From positions 1 through 24,815 of the forward strand of contig JAMONE010000223.1 of NCBI GenBank assembly GCA_027066695.1: a DNA stretch of 24,815 nucleotides. Direction: 5' to 3'. The notes beneath the pieces were generated by a model. The model was not told the origin of the DNA, searched no databases, and saw only the letters and a list, made by a program, of their open reading frames with translations. The translations under genes and the position numbers were made by a program. Below, piece by piece: positions 9,215 through 19,400 of the stretch. Within the stretch, counting starts at the first letter, position 1. Every line of letters starts with the position of its first letter. This DNA comes from Micavibrio sp. GTDB lineage: Bacteria; Pseudomonadota; Alphaproteobacteria; Micavibrionales; Micavibrionaceae.

Positions 9215-9916
9215 ATGCAAAGCACTATTGATAGCAATGAAATTCATCATTTTGCAAAAAATTCTGATGATTGGTGGAATGAAAATGGCCCTTTTAAGCC
9301 GCTACATCGCTTAAATCCCGTTCGCATGGAATATATTAAAAATCAAATAGAGACGCATTATAATAATGATTTCAGCAAGCTTGAAATATTAGATATTGGT
9401 TGCGGCGGTGGCCTTGTTAGTGAAGCTCTTGCGGAAATGGGCGCAAAAGTTACAGGCATTGACGCGGATGCAAATGCTATCGAGATTGCAAAGAGCCATG
9501 CTAAAATATCAGGGCTGGATATAAATTATATTTGCGGGGATGCCAAAAGCCTAGACAAACAATATGACGTAGTAATTGCTCTGGAAATTATAGAGCATGT
9601 TTCAGATATAAACATATTCATGTCTGCATGTAAAAGCTGCATGAACAAAGACGGGCTGTTAATCATGTCAACGCTTAACCGCACCGCTAAATCATATGCT
9701 CTTGGAATTATTGCGGCTGAATATATTATGCGTTGGGCTGCGCGTGGTACTCACACATGGAATAAATTCGTTAAACCATCAGAGTTAGCCCGTCACGCTG
9801 CTCAATATGGCATAGCTCCATATGATATTACGGGGCTAATATTCAACCCGTTAAAAAATGAATTTCAGCTATCAAAGAATGATTTATCTGTGAATTATTT
9901 GATATCATTGAAATAG
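9215..9916 (+). CDS. ubiG: Ubiquinone biosynthesis O-methyltransferase UbiG
   Basis: WW..NGPFKPLHRLNPVR, ILDIGCGGG, EIIEHV, STLNRT and GTHTWNKF; divergent from lysC as is usual in Alphaproteobacteria. Confidence 0.95.
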   Translation: MQSTIDSNEIHHFAKNSDDWWNENGPFKPLHRLNPVRMEYIKNQIETHYNNDFSKLEILDIGCGGGLVSEALAEMGAKVTGIDADANAIEIAKSHAKISGLDINYICGDAKSLDKQYDVVIALEIIEHVSDINIFMSACKSCMNKDGLLIMSTLNRTAKSYALGIIAAEYIMRWAARGTHTWNKFVKPSELARHAAQYGIAPYDITGLIFNPLKNEFQLSKNDLSVNYLISLK

Positions 9917-9943
9917 AACCGCTTACAAAAACATAGTGGTTTT

Positions 9944-10049
9944 ATAGTCATACAAATTTATTTTCCTACTAGGCATGAGAAGCACGAGCGTATTTTATCA
10001 TACGGTAGTGACGAAATAACGAAGTAGGTAATAAAATTTGAAAGACTAT
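9944..10049. mobile_element. 106-bp MITE/RPE-like element with ATAGTC...GACTAT ends
   Basis: 27-bp terminal inverted repeats: ATAGTCATACAAATTTATTTTCCTACT versus reverse complement ATAGTCTTTCAAATTTTATTACCTACT (22/27, ungapped). Central hairpin CGTAT-tttatc-ATACG. Abuts the rseP stop codon. Confidence 0.7.
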
Positions 10050-11441
10050 TTATGTCCTTGCGACGATGATTTGATAAACATCGTTCAAATTCGCAAAAGC
10101 CATAATTCCGATTAGAAACACAAAACCAGCCTTAAAAGCGTAATCTTGCACAACTTCGGGAACAGGTTTACCTAGTATTCCTTCAAAGAAGTTAAACAAC
10201 AAATGCCCGCCATCAAGCATCGGGATAGGCAACAAGTTAATAAATCCTAGATTTATAGATAAAAGAGCCATAAGCAAGATAAGCGGCACTATGCCTTGCT
10301 GTGCCATATCACCAGCAATCGCGCCAATGCGAATAAGTCCGCCAAGCTCGGTTGCACTGCGCGTTCCTACAACCATCTGCCCTAGAGCTTCTAAAGAGCT
10401 GCGCGTCATAACATATGCTTCTCTTGTTGCGCTTTGCATCGCTGTAATAATTGTGTGCGGTGAATATGATTTTATAGGGATATTTGATAGATATAGGGCT
10501 TCTTGCTTAATATTTTCTGCACTACCTAACTTTTTATTCTTATCAGCCATAGGATTAATAGTAAGTACCCGCAGTTCATCACCAAGATCAAGAGATATCT
10601 GGAATGTGCTTCCCATGCGGCTTTGCAGCTCAGCAAGCACAAGATTTGCATCACTATAATCAACGCCGTCAATTTGCTTAACCTCATTAACCAAAATGCC
10701 CTGCTCAGAACTTATAAGACCAAGCACACCAATAGAGCTTTTAAATCCAAAGCGATCTTCCATATGCAACCGTTCAGGTTTGGCGTAAATATCCATAAAT
10801 TCACCATTACGCTTAATAACAAAATGGCTTTCTTTATCTAAAGCAACCATCATTTCACGGCGAATATCACCGAATGAAGTGATAGCTTTACCATCAATAG
10901 AAATAATATAATCATGGACTTTAAAGCCATATTTATCCGCACTACTGCCACCAATGACAGCCGCAGCAGTTGGCGGAGATACGGGCTGCCCGTGGATAGT
11001 ATAAAGCCCCGTAAGCAAAATAATTGCAAAAATATAATTAATAGCAGGGCCTGCAAAAACCACGGCTGCGCGCTGCCACAGCGGTTTTGTGAAGAAAGCA
11101 ACATCGCGCTCGGCCTTTGTCATTTCACGAGCTTTACCGTCCTCACCTTCCACGCAATCAGTGTGACCTGCGCTTGCGGGATCAGTATCACCGAAAAGCT
11201 GCACATAACCGCCAAGCGGTATCATAGAAATTTTCCAGTGCGTGCCGCCTTTATCCGTGCGCCCCCACAGCTCCTTACCAAAGCCAATAGAGAAAGTTTC
11301 AACACGTACATTGCACATACGTGCAATAATGTAATGTCCCCACTCATGCACAAAAACAAGTATGCTCAAGACAAGAATAAACGCGCCACCATAAATCCAG
11401 ATATTTTGTCCCAGCATTTGAATAAGGTCTGAAATATTCAT
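10050..11441 (-). CDS. rseP: RIP metalloprotease RseP (site-2 protease)
   Basis: HEWGH zinc motif, AGPAIN, a PDZ region and NLLPIPMLDGG; lies downstream of dxr. Confidence 0.96.
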   Translation of the reverse strand: MNISDLIQMLGQNIWIYGGAFILVLSILVFVHEWGHYIIARMCNVRVETFSIGFGKELWGRTDKGGTHWKISMIPLGGYVQLFGDTDPASAGHTDCVEGEDGKAREMTKAERDVAFFTKPLWQRAAVVFAGPAINYIFAIILLTGLYTIHGQPVSPPTAAAVIGGSSADKYGFKVHDYIISIDGKAITSFGDIRREMMVALDKESHFVIKRNGEFMDIYAKPERLHMEDRFGFKSSIGVLGLISSEQGILVNEVKQIDGVDYSDANLVLAELQSRMGSTFQISLDLGDELRVLTINPMADKNKKLGSAENIKQEALYLSNIPIKSYSPHTIITAMQSATREAYVMTRSSLEALGQMVVGTRSATELGGLIRIGAIAGDMAQQGIVPLILLMALLSINLGFINLLPIPMLDGGHLLFNFFEGILGKPVPEVVQDYAFKAGFVFLIGIMAFANLNDVYQIIVART

Positions 11442-11444
11442 ATT

Positions 11445-12617
11445 TTATCTTACTTTCTCATTATCAATAACAGCGCATCGCACAATGTTATCTAGTTTTT
11501 CAATTTCTTCAATAGTTTTTAGCTCAAATTCAGGAATAGTTGGTAATAATTCATCTACTGCATAGGCAACAATTCTCATAATATCGCAAAAACCTATTTT
11601 CTCACGCAAGAATAAATCAACGGCCACCTCATTGGCTGCGTTAAAAGCAATACATGCTCTCTTCCCTAGCTCTAAACATTTATAAGCATAGCTTAGCGCG
11701 GGGAATTTATCAAAATCTGGCTGGCTAAAGCTCAACTCGCAAAGTGATTTGGTGTCAAGCTTGTCCCCGCCGCTATCCATTCTGTGGGGATAGCTAAGCG
11801 CATATGCAATAGGCGTGCGCATATCGCTCGCCCCCATTTGTGATAAGATAGAGCCATCAACGTAAGACACCATCGAGTGAATGACTGATTGCGGATGAAT
11901 AAGAACATCTATTTTATCTGCTGGCATATCAAATAGATGATGTGCCTCGATAATTTCAAGTGCTTTATTCATCATTGATGCGCTGTCGACTGATATCTTT
12001 TTACCCATAATCCAATTCGGATGCGCTATAGCTTGGCTAGGCGTTGCCCCCGCAATATCGTCTGCGCTCCAATTAAGGAAAGGCCCGCCAGACGCTGTCA
12101 ATATAATCTTATCAATTGCCGTCTTATTTTGATCTTCAAGCACTTGAAAAATGGCATTATGCTCACTATCTACGGGGAGGATTTTAGCGTTATTCTTACG
12201 CGCTAGCTCCATGATGTAACCGCCAGCCGCGACCAATGGCTCTTTATTAGCTATTGCAACATTAGTTCCAGATTCCAACGCTCTTATAATCGGGCGAAGT
12301 CCAGCAAAGCCTATAATTGCCGCCATAACAAGATCAACATCTTGCGCAGCGATATCCTCAATTGCGGCCATGCCCGATGCTACTTTAATATCATGTGAGC
12401 TAAGCAATTGCTTAAGCTCGCTCTCTAGGCTTTCATCCGCAATCACAGCTATGCTAGCATTTAGCTTAATCGCGCTATCAGCCAAAAGCTTGATGTTGGT
12501 ATTTGCAGTGACACCATGGACTTCGAACATATCAGGCGAGGAAATAATGACATTCATAGTGCTTTGCCCGATAGAGCCCGTAGCGCCAAGTATGGTGATT
12601 TTCTTTTTACAAGGCAT
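11445..12617 (-). CDS. dxr: 1-deoxy-D-xylulose-5-phosphate reductoisomerase
   Basis: ILGATGSIG, IANKEPLV, PVDSEHNAIFQ, LTASGGPF, HPNWIMGKKISVDSASMMNKALE and NAANEVAV. ATG at 12617 is preferred over the TTG at 12632. Confidence 0.97.
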   Translation of the reverse strand: MPCKKKITILGATGSIGQSTMNVIISSPDMFEVHGVTANTNIKLLADSAIKLNASIAVIADESLESELKQLLSSHDIKVASGMAAIEDIAAQDVDLVMAAIIGFAGLRPIIRALESGTNVAIANKEPLVAAGGYIMELARKNNAKILPVDSEHNAIFQVLEDQNKTAIDKIILTASGGPFLNWSADDIAGATPSQAIAHPNWIMGKKISVDSASMMNKALEIIEAHHLFDMPADKIDVLIHPQSVIHSMVSYVDGSILSQMGASDMRTPIAYALSYPHRMDSGGDKLDTKSLCELSFSQPDFDKFPALSYAYKCLELGKRACIAFNAANEVAVDLFLREKIGFCDIMRIVAYAVDELLPTIPEFELKTIEEIEKLDNIVRCAVIDNEKVR

Positions 12618-13284
12618 AGAACAACAACGCAATCAAAGCCAAATAGACAGGCGCACCAAGCAGCATCGAATCAATACGATCAAGCAATCCGCCATGACCA
12701 GGGATAAGTGCGCCCGTATCTTTAACATCTGCCTTACGCTTAACAAAAGAAATAAGCAAATCTCCTGCCTGACCAACCGCGCCTATAATCACGCCAAGCA
12801 ATGCGATAATAGGGAATAAAACATACCACTGGCTATCATTAAATTCAGGGTGGAAGCCAAATATTAAAACCCATAAAACCCCAAATAATGCAGGGGAAAT
12901 TAACGCCCCGCCAAAACCTGACCATGTTTTATTAGGACTGATTTGGGGGATAAGCTTAGGCCCACCAAAGTATTTACCAACGAAATACGCGCCAATATCA
13001 CTAAGCCATATCATCCCGATAAACAGCAACAAAACATTCACGGAATATACTTGACGCAAAACATAAAAACTTAAATATGATGCCCCCATATAAACCACAC
13101 CAAGCAGCATAACAATGACGAAATACTTAATCTTTTTTGATAGGAAGAACCATTCATATAAGGATATAATAAATGCCACGCCTAACAAGGTTAGCAACGT
13201 TATTCCCCCTACTTTCATTATAAAAACGAAACATGGAGCAAGTATTAACCCAGAGATAATTCTTTTTAACAATGATGATGACAT
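12607..13284 (-). CDS. cdsA: Phosphatidate cytidylyltransferase
   Basis: Highly hydrophobic, with SDIGAYFVG, ISPNKTWSG and KRKADVKDTGALIPGHGGLLDRIDS. Confidence 0.96.
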   Translation of the reverse strand: MSSSLLKRIISGLILAPCFVFIMKVGGITLLTLLGVAFIISLYEWFFLSKKIKYFVIVMLLGVVYMGASYLSFYVLRQVYSVNVLLLFIGMIWLSDIGAYFVGKYFGGPKLIPQISPNKTWSGFGGALISPALFGVLWVLIFGFHPEFNDSQWYVLFPIIALLGVIIGAVGQAGDLLISFVKRKADVKDTGALIPGHGGLLDRIDSMLLGAPVYLALIALLFYAL

Positions 13285-13292
13285 TATTTATA

Positions 13293-14027
13293 TTATCCTT
13301 TTGATTTCTTAAGAGCGCCAAAGCGTCGGTCACGCGCGGCATATTCATTAAGAGCATTATTAAATTCTTTTTCGCCAAAATCTGGCCATAAAACATCTGT
13401 AAAAATCATCTCGCTATAAGCGCATTGCCAAAGAAGAAAATTACTTATGCGCTGCTCTCCACTTGTTCTGATAAGAAGATCAGGGTCGGGGATTCCTGCA
13501 CTTAGCAGCGAATCATTAATGATCGCCTCGGCATCATCTTTGCTTGGAACGCTGCCGCTTTCGATAGCTTGCGCAGCTAATTCCTGCGCGGCTTGAACAA
13601 TATCATTACGCCCGCCATAATTAAGCGCGATAATAACATGGATAGCATCATTATCTTTGGTCAAAGTTTCTGCATTTTCAATTAACGCAACAATATCATC
13701 ATCAAAGGCTGTGCGATCACCAATCACCGATAGCCTTGCATTATTCTTATGAAACTCTGCCGTTTGAGATTTTAAATAGCTGCGCAAAAGCTTCATCAGC
13801 TCGCCAATTTCACTCTTTGGTCTATTCCAGTTTTCTGAGGAAAAACCAAACAGCGTTAGGTACTCAACCCCTGCTTTTGCCGCACTATTAACAATAACCC
13901 GCGCACTTTCCGCACCTTTTTTATGCCCAAGCTTACGCGGCAGGCCACGGGCATGCGCCCATCTGCCATTACCATCCATTATAACGGCTACATGTTTAGG
14001 GATATTATGTTTAGGTGAGTTTGTCAT
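13293..14027 (-). CDS. uppS: Undecaprenyl diphosphate synthase (isoprenyl transferase)
   Basis: HVAVIMDGNGRWA, FSSENWNRP, ALNYGGR and DLLIRTSGEQRISNFLLWQ. Start is either ATG 14027 or GTG 14045, which overlaps the frr stop. Confidence 0.96.
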   Translation of the reverse strand: MTNSPKHNIPKHVAVIMDGNGRWAHARGLPRKLGHKKGAESARVIVNSAAKAGVEYLTLFGFSSENWNRPKSEIGELMKLLRSYLKSQTAEFHKNNARLSVIGDRTAFDDDIVALIENAETLTKDNDAIHVIIALNYGGRNDIVQAAQELAAQAIESGSVPSKDDAEAIINDSLLSAGIPDPDLLIRTSGEQRISNFLLWQCAYSEMIFTDVLWPDFGEKEFNNALNEYAARDRRFGALKKSKG

Positions 14028-14044
14028 AGAATTTTTTCTACCCA

Positions 14045-14599
14045 CTAAACCGTCATGATGTCTTTTTCTTTATCAACAAGAGAGCTGTCAACCAACTTAA
14101 CAACCTCATCGGTCATCTTTTGAATTTCATCGGAAAGACGCTTTAGATCATCTTCGGAAATATCACCATCTTTTTCCATCTTTTTAACGCTGTCCATACC
14201 ATCACGGCGAACATTACGCACGGCAATGCGTGTGCTTTCAGCAATTTTACCAGCGATTTTGGTAAGCTCGGTGCGACGTTCTTCATTAAGGTCGGGAATA
14301 GGAATGCGGATATTATTTCCATCAGGCATAGGATTAAGGCCAAGCCCCGCATCACGAATAGCTTTCTCAACAGTTCTTACCGCGCCCGCGTCCCATACTT
14401 GAACGCTAAGCATACGCGATTCAGGCACACTAACCGTAGCCACCTGACTAAGCGGCATTTTACTGCCATACATATCAACAACAACAGTATCCAGCAAATT
14501 AGCCGATGCACGTCCAGTACGCAGGCCTGAAAACTCCTTATGCAATACATCAATCGCACCATCCATACGGCGTTTTAAATCTTGTTTATCATATGACAT
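14045..14599 (-). CDS. frr: Ribosome recycling factor
   Basis: 184 aa with [22 protein letters not shown] and AVRNVRRD. Confidence 0.98.
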   Translation of the reverse strand: MSYDKQDLKRRMDGAIDVLHKEFSGLRTGRASANLLDTVVVDMYGSKMPLSQVATVSVPESRMLSVQVWDAGAVRTVEKAIRDAGLGLNPMPDGNNIRIPIPDLNEERRTELTKIAGKIAESTRIAVRNVRRDGMDSVKKMEKDGDISEDDLKRLSDEIQKMTDEVVKLVDSSLVDKEKDIMTV

Positions 14600-14620
14600 A
14601 TTCGTTCCCTCATCATTATT

Positions 14621-15370
14621 TTATGTATTAGTTACAACCGTATATTTGCCCTTTGATTGAGCGACTTTTGCAAAGTTACCATTTTCAAGAACAGAAAACA
14701 CTACAATAGGTATATTATTTTCCCGCGCCAAGGAAATAGCCGTAGCGTCCATAACTTTTAAATCTTTTGTAAGCACATCAATATATGAAATACGATCATA
14801 ATGCTGCGCCGTAGGGTCTTTTTTAGGATCAGCCGTATACACGCCGTCAACCTTTGTTCCCTTCATTATCACATCACAATTCATCTCAGACGCACGAAGT
14901 GCGGCGGCTGTATCGGTTGTAAAATAAGGATTACCAGTACCCGCAGCAAATATAACAACGCGCCCTTTAGCCATATGGCGAATCGCCTTGCGACGAATAT
15001 ATGGCTCACATATAGAATCCATACGTATAGCTGATTGAACGCGGGTCTTGATAGCCATATTTTCCAGCGCATTTTGAAGGGCTAGCGCATTTATAACAAT
15101 GCCGAGCATCCCCATATAATCCGCCGTCGTGCGATCCATACCATCAGCCGCGCCAGAAACGCCGCGAAAGATGTTACCCGCGCCAACAACGACACAAACT
15201 TCAATGCCAAGGTCTACGACTTCTTTAATGTCGCTAGCAACGCGCTTTACCGTGTCAGAATCCAGCCCGAAATCTTTATTTCCCATAAGAACTTCGCCAG
15301 ACATTTTAAGCATAACGCGCTTATAAGGCTTAGATGCAAGATTTTCGGCTTCATTATTCGTGGCAGTCAT
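14621..15370 (-). CDS. pyrH: Uridylate kinase
   Basis: [28 protein letters not shown] and VDGVYTADP. Start placed at ATG 15370 because the ORF-track extension to 15436 runs through a promoter-like element. Confidence 0.97.
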   Translation of the reverse strand: MTATNNEAENLASKPYKRVMLKMSGEVLMGNKDFGLDSDTVKRVASDIKEVVDLGIEVCVVVGAGNIFRGVSGAADGMDRTTADYMGMLGIVINALALQNALENMAIKTRVQSAIRMDSICEPYIRRKAIRHMAKGRVVIFAAGTGNPYFTTDTAAALRASEMNCDVIMKGTKVDGVYTADPKKDPTAQHYDRISYIDVLTKDLKVMDATAISLARENNIPIVVFSVLENGNFAKVAQSKGKYTVVTNT

Positions 15371-15406
15371 CACAATTGTTCCATCTTTATATGGGGTAAG
15401 CTGTAT

Positions 15407-15436
15407 ATTATAGATGTTTTCTAACATCAAATACAA
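15407..15436 (-). promoter_or_regulatory. Candidate sigma70 promoter for the pyrH-frr-uppS-cdsA-dxr-rseP operon, with an inverted repeat in the spacer
   Basis: Minus strand TTGTAT-N18-TATAAT (perfect -10). The spacer contains GATGTT-N4-AACATC at 15413-15428. Confidence 0.6.
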
Positions 15437-15480
15437 TAATTGTAACCTAAATTTTTTATTGATTTACATTCAAATGAACA

Positions 15481-15503
15481 ACCACGCCGCAAGCGGCGGG
15501 GAA
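15481..15503 (-). other. GC-rich hairpin: terminator of the RND-mtnP operon and/or remnant IS200/IS605-type end
   Basis: CGCCGC-AA-GCGGCG stem in AT-rich DNA. The minus strand reads ATTCCCCGCCGCTTGCGGCGTGGTTGTTCAT. Confidence 0.5.
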
Positions 15504-15572
15504 TGATTAGGCTTTGTGAATCCGTTAAATGAAGTTAGTGGGATAGGTTCTAACGTAATTATCTATGCAAAT

Positions 15573-16421
15573 TCATTTGCGCAAAACCGTTAGCCATTCT
15601 TTTTGTGCATCACTTAAGCGTTCATCTGCGGTCATGACTGCGCCCTTCAATGCAGAGCGAATATTTTCTGGAGTATCAGAAATTCCATTTTCAAGCAGCT
15701 TGAGCACTATTTTTTTAATTTTGCCGATATTCTCGTAATAAACAGCAAATACGGCCTCGACGTTAACATGTTCGTCAGGGTCTTCGCGCCAGCAATCATA
15801 ATCAGTAGCGATAGCGAGGGTGACATAGCCCATTTGTGCCTCACGCGCTAGGAAAGCTTCGGGGACGTTTGTCATTCCTACAATATCGGCTTTTACGGCA
15901 TTTTTAAGAAAATTACTCTCGGCCTTTGTGCCAAGGCGCGACCCCTCTACGCAGGCATATATTTTGTCTGAATGAAGCTTTATTCCAAGTTCATTCGCTG
16001 CTTTTAGCACATCTTTTGCCAAAGCAGGGCAGGTAGGCGCAGCGGTAGATATATGCGCAGTTACGCCGCCGCCAAAAAATGAGGCTTCGCGCTTAGCTCG
16101 CGTGTGGTCGAAATATTGTGATGCCAGCACCATATCACCTGGCGCGATTTCTTCTTGCAGCGAGCCTGAGGCGGAAATGCTTAAAACCGTGGAAGCGCCC
16201 AGCTTTTTAAGAGCATAAATATTAGCGCGGTAATTTACTTCGGAAGGCAAGAACTCATGATTTCGCCCGTGCCTTGGTAGAAATAGCACAGATGAGCCAA
16301 ATGCCTTGCCCTCGATAATAGGCGCGGAAGGTTTGCCGAATGGGGTGCTTATATTATGTTCGGTAATTACCTCTAATTCATCAAGAGCGTACAGGCCTGA
16401 GCCACCAATAATAGAGAGCAT
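15573..16421 (-). CDS. mtnP: S-methyl-5'-thioadenosine phosphorylase (PNP/MTAP family)
   Basis: IIGGSGLY, LPRHG, VNYRANIYALK, QYFDHT, GMTNVPEAFLAREA and ATDYDCW; the Asp-x-Asp pair is the 6-aminopurine specificity motif of MTAP. Confidence 0.92.
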   Translation of the reverse strand: MLSIIGGSGLYALDELEVITEHNISTPFGKPSAPIIEGKAFGSSVLFLPRHGRNHEFLPSEVNYRANIYALKKLGASTVLSISASGSLQEEIAPGDMVLASQYFDHTRAKREASFFGGGVTAHISTAAPTCPALAKDVLKAANELGIKLHSDKIYACVEGSRLGTKAESNFLKNAVKADIVGMTNVPEAFLAREAQMGYVTLAIATDYDCWREDPDEHVNVEAVFAVYYENIGKIKKIVLKLLENGISDTPENIRSALKGAVMTADERLSDAQKEWLTVLRK

Positions 16422-19400
16422 TTATGTGTTCCTTTTTGTTTTTAAATTAAAAACTCGTTTTATATCCTCGTTAATCATATAAAGTGAGGGTATAAGTATC
16501 AAGGTTAGGAATGTAGCAAATACAATGCCATATCCTAAAGACACCGCCATTGGAATAAGAAAACGCGCTTGACGAGAGGTTTCAAACATCATCGGTGCTA
16601 GCCCCAAAAATGTGGTTAATGTTGTTAATATAATAGGGCGGAAGCGTTGGGCGGCTGCGGTTGTTATAGCGGTGAAATTATCCATTCCTTCTTTGCGCTT
16701 TTTATTCGACATATCAATCAGGATCAGGCTGTCATTTACCACAACGCCAGCCAGTGCAATGATGCCGAACATGCTTACTATACTCATCGGAAAGCCCATG
16801 ATGAAATGCCCTATAACCGCGCCTACCATGCTAAACGGTATTGCGATCATAATCATTAATGGCTGGGTATAGCTGGAAAACAGTACCGCGAGTATGGCAT
16901 ACATTACAAATAATATCATAAACATGCCACTAAATAAGCTTTGCAAGCTGTCACGCATTTCCGCTTGAGCCCCTTCAAATGAATAAGTAAGATCAGGGTA
17001 TAGCGTTTGTAATTCAGGCAGAGTGTCATTGGTTATAGCACTTATAATTATGTTGGCTTCCGAAGGTGGAGTTACGTCGGTTTCCACAGTGACAACGCGC
17101 TGTCCGTCTCTGCGGTTAATAGTGGTATATGCGCGGCCATCTTGCCTTTTCACCACATCACTTAGCATAACATCCGCGCCACTTGGCGTTTTTATCATCA
17201 TGTTTTTTACGAAATATAATGAGTTGCGCTCATCTTCGGGAGACATAACCAGCACGCGAATCTCATTCTTTCCGCGTTGTTGTTTGAGTGCTTGCGTGCC
17301 GTAGAACGCCCCGCGCACTTGCTGTCCTATATCTGCGGGAGTAAGGCCAAGTGTGTAGCCAAGGTCAGTTACGCTAAAGTCAAATTGTGACTTGCCCTGC
17401 GCCGAGCCATCATTGATATCTTGCGTATTGGGAAACTCTGCCAATGATTCGGCTAGCGACGTTGCCGCAGCTTCTAATATTTCAGGATTATTATGGCTAA
17501 GCTCTACGGTAAGTGCTGCTCCCCCGCCAGGACCGCCATGATCTGATGCGAATTTTATGGATTTAATGCCAGTGATTTGCTTAGTATTTTTACGCCACAA
17601 ATCCGAGAATTCTTTTGTGCTTATCGGGCGAATATTAATATCGGTAAGAAAAACCCGCATTTTTATTATGTTTTCATTTATTTCAGAGTGAATACCAAAT
17701 GATAGTGTTTGCCCGCCATTATCATCTATAATTTTTTGTGCCATGTTATTAAGCATCGTCTCAACAGCTTTAACTTCATGCTTTGGCGCACCGACTTTAA
17801 GAGCTACCTCCGCATAGGCAAAATCTGATTCTACGCGCGGAAATATTTGAATACCTAAATGCCCGCCAGCGACATACCCCCCCATGATTATAAGCACACA
17901 AAGAAAAGCCGATAGCGAGATATAGCGCATTGATACTGATTTATGCAAAAACGGTAGATATTTATTTTGAACAAAGCTATCAAATTTTTTATTAAAGCTT
18001 TTTTGAATTTTTATAATACTAAGTAGCGGGCGGTTCTTGATGTTTTTGGACTGTTTGAATTTCAAATGCGCAGGCAAAATAAATAGCGATTCTATTAATG
18101 ATATTATAAATGTAGAGATCACGATCATTGGAACTATGGAGAATATCTTCCCCATAAGCCCTGGCATGAACAGCATAGGCAAGAAGGCCACGATATTTGT
18201 TATTACACTGACCATTACAGGAATTGCCATCTCTCTTGCGCCCTCAACGGAGGCGGTCAGCGGCTTAATTCCGAGCGTTCTTTTGTGGTAGATGTTTTCA
18301 CCAACAATTATGGCATCATCAACAACTATGCCAAGCGCGATAATGAATGCAAACATTGACACCATATTTATAGAGAAATGATCCGTAGCGGGAAGCAGTA
18401 GAAACGCGCCCATATATGAAATAGGAATGCCCATAGCCACCCAGAATGCTAGGCGTATATCTAAGAACAGGGCAAGGAACATTACGACTAGAATAAGTCC
18501 TAAAAGCCCGTTTTTGACCAAAAGCTCGGCGCGTTGTTGAAATAATATGGATTCATCTTTAGCTACAATGATTTTCAAATCACCAGGTAGGCCACTATTT
18601 ATTTCAGATAATATATCTTTTGTAGCATTAGAAATTCCCGTAGGAGTTTGATCGCTTGCGCTTCTTATAATCATTGTTATGGCGGGCTTATTATTAAACC
18701 ATGCATATTTATTAGAGCTATCAAATCCGTCAGTTATTGTTGCAATATCATCAAGATATATAGTCGCGCCATTATGGTTTTTTATAATCGGTATATCGTT
18801 GAACTCAGCGGCGTAGTTTCTGCGCTCGTCCATTCGGACAAGGATTTCACCTGTGGAGGTTTTGATTGAGCCACCGCCAATCTCTATTGCTGTTCTTGAT
18901 ACTATAGTTGAAATATCAGGGATGCTAAGGCCATAGCGTCGTAAATTTTCTTGTGATACTTCGATATGTATTTCATGAGATCTAACGCCCTGAAGGTCAA
19001 CAACGCCGATATCGGGACTGCGCTCTAGCCTTGCTTGAATATTATCCGCCGTATCACGTAGAACATTATCACTGACACTGCCGTAAAGGATAATTTCCAT
19101 AACTTGTTGCTTATCACTAATAACGGCCACGCTTAAATCTTCAGCATTAATTGGAAAGGTGCTTATTTGATCAATAGCGGTTTTGATATCTTGGGAGATA
19201 CGCATTATTTCATTGTCATTATGCAATATTACAAAAACTTGCCCGTAATTTTCAGATGCAGAGGATTGTATCTTCTTTACGTTATCTATGCCCTTAACGG
19301 CTTTTTCTATAGAGAGGATAATACTTTGCTCAACTTCTTCGGGGCTAGCGCCTGGATAAGCCATTTTTATCATGACAGCATCAAAGTCAAATTCGGGAAA

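Noticed and set aside
13992-14016. Direct repeat ATGTTTAGG at the start of uppS (PKHNI-PKHVA)
   Set aside because: A tiny local duplication in a variable N-terminus, with no functional implication evident.
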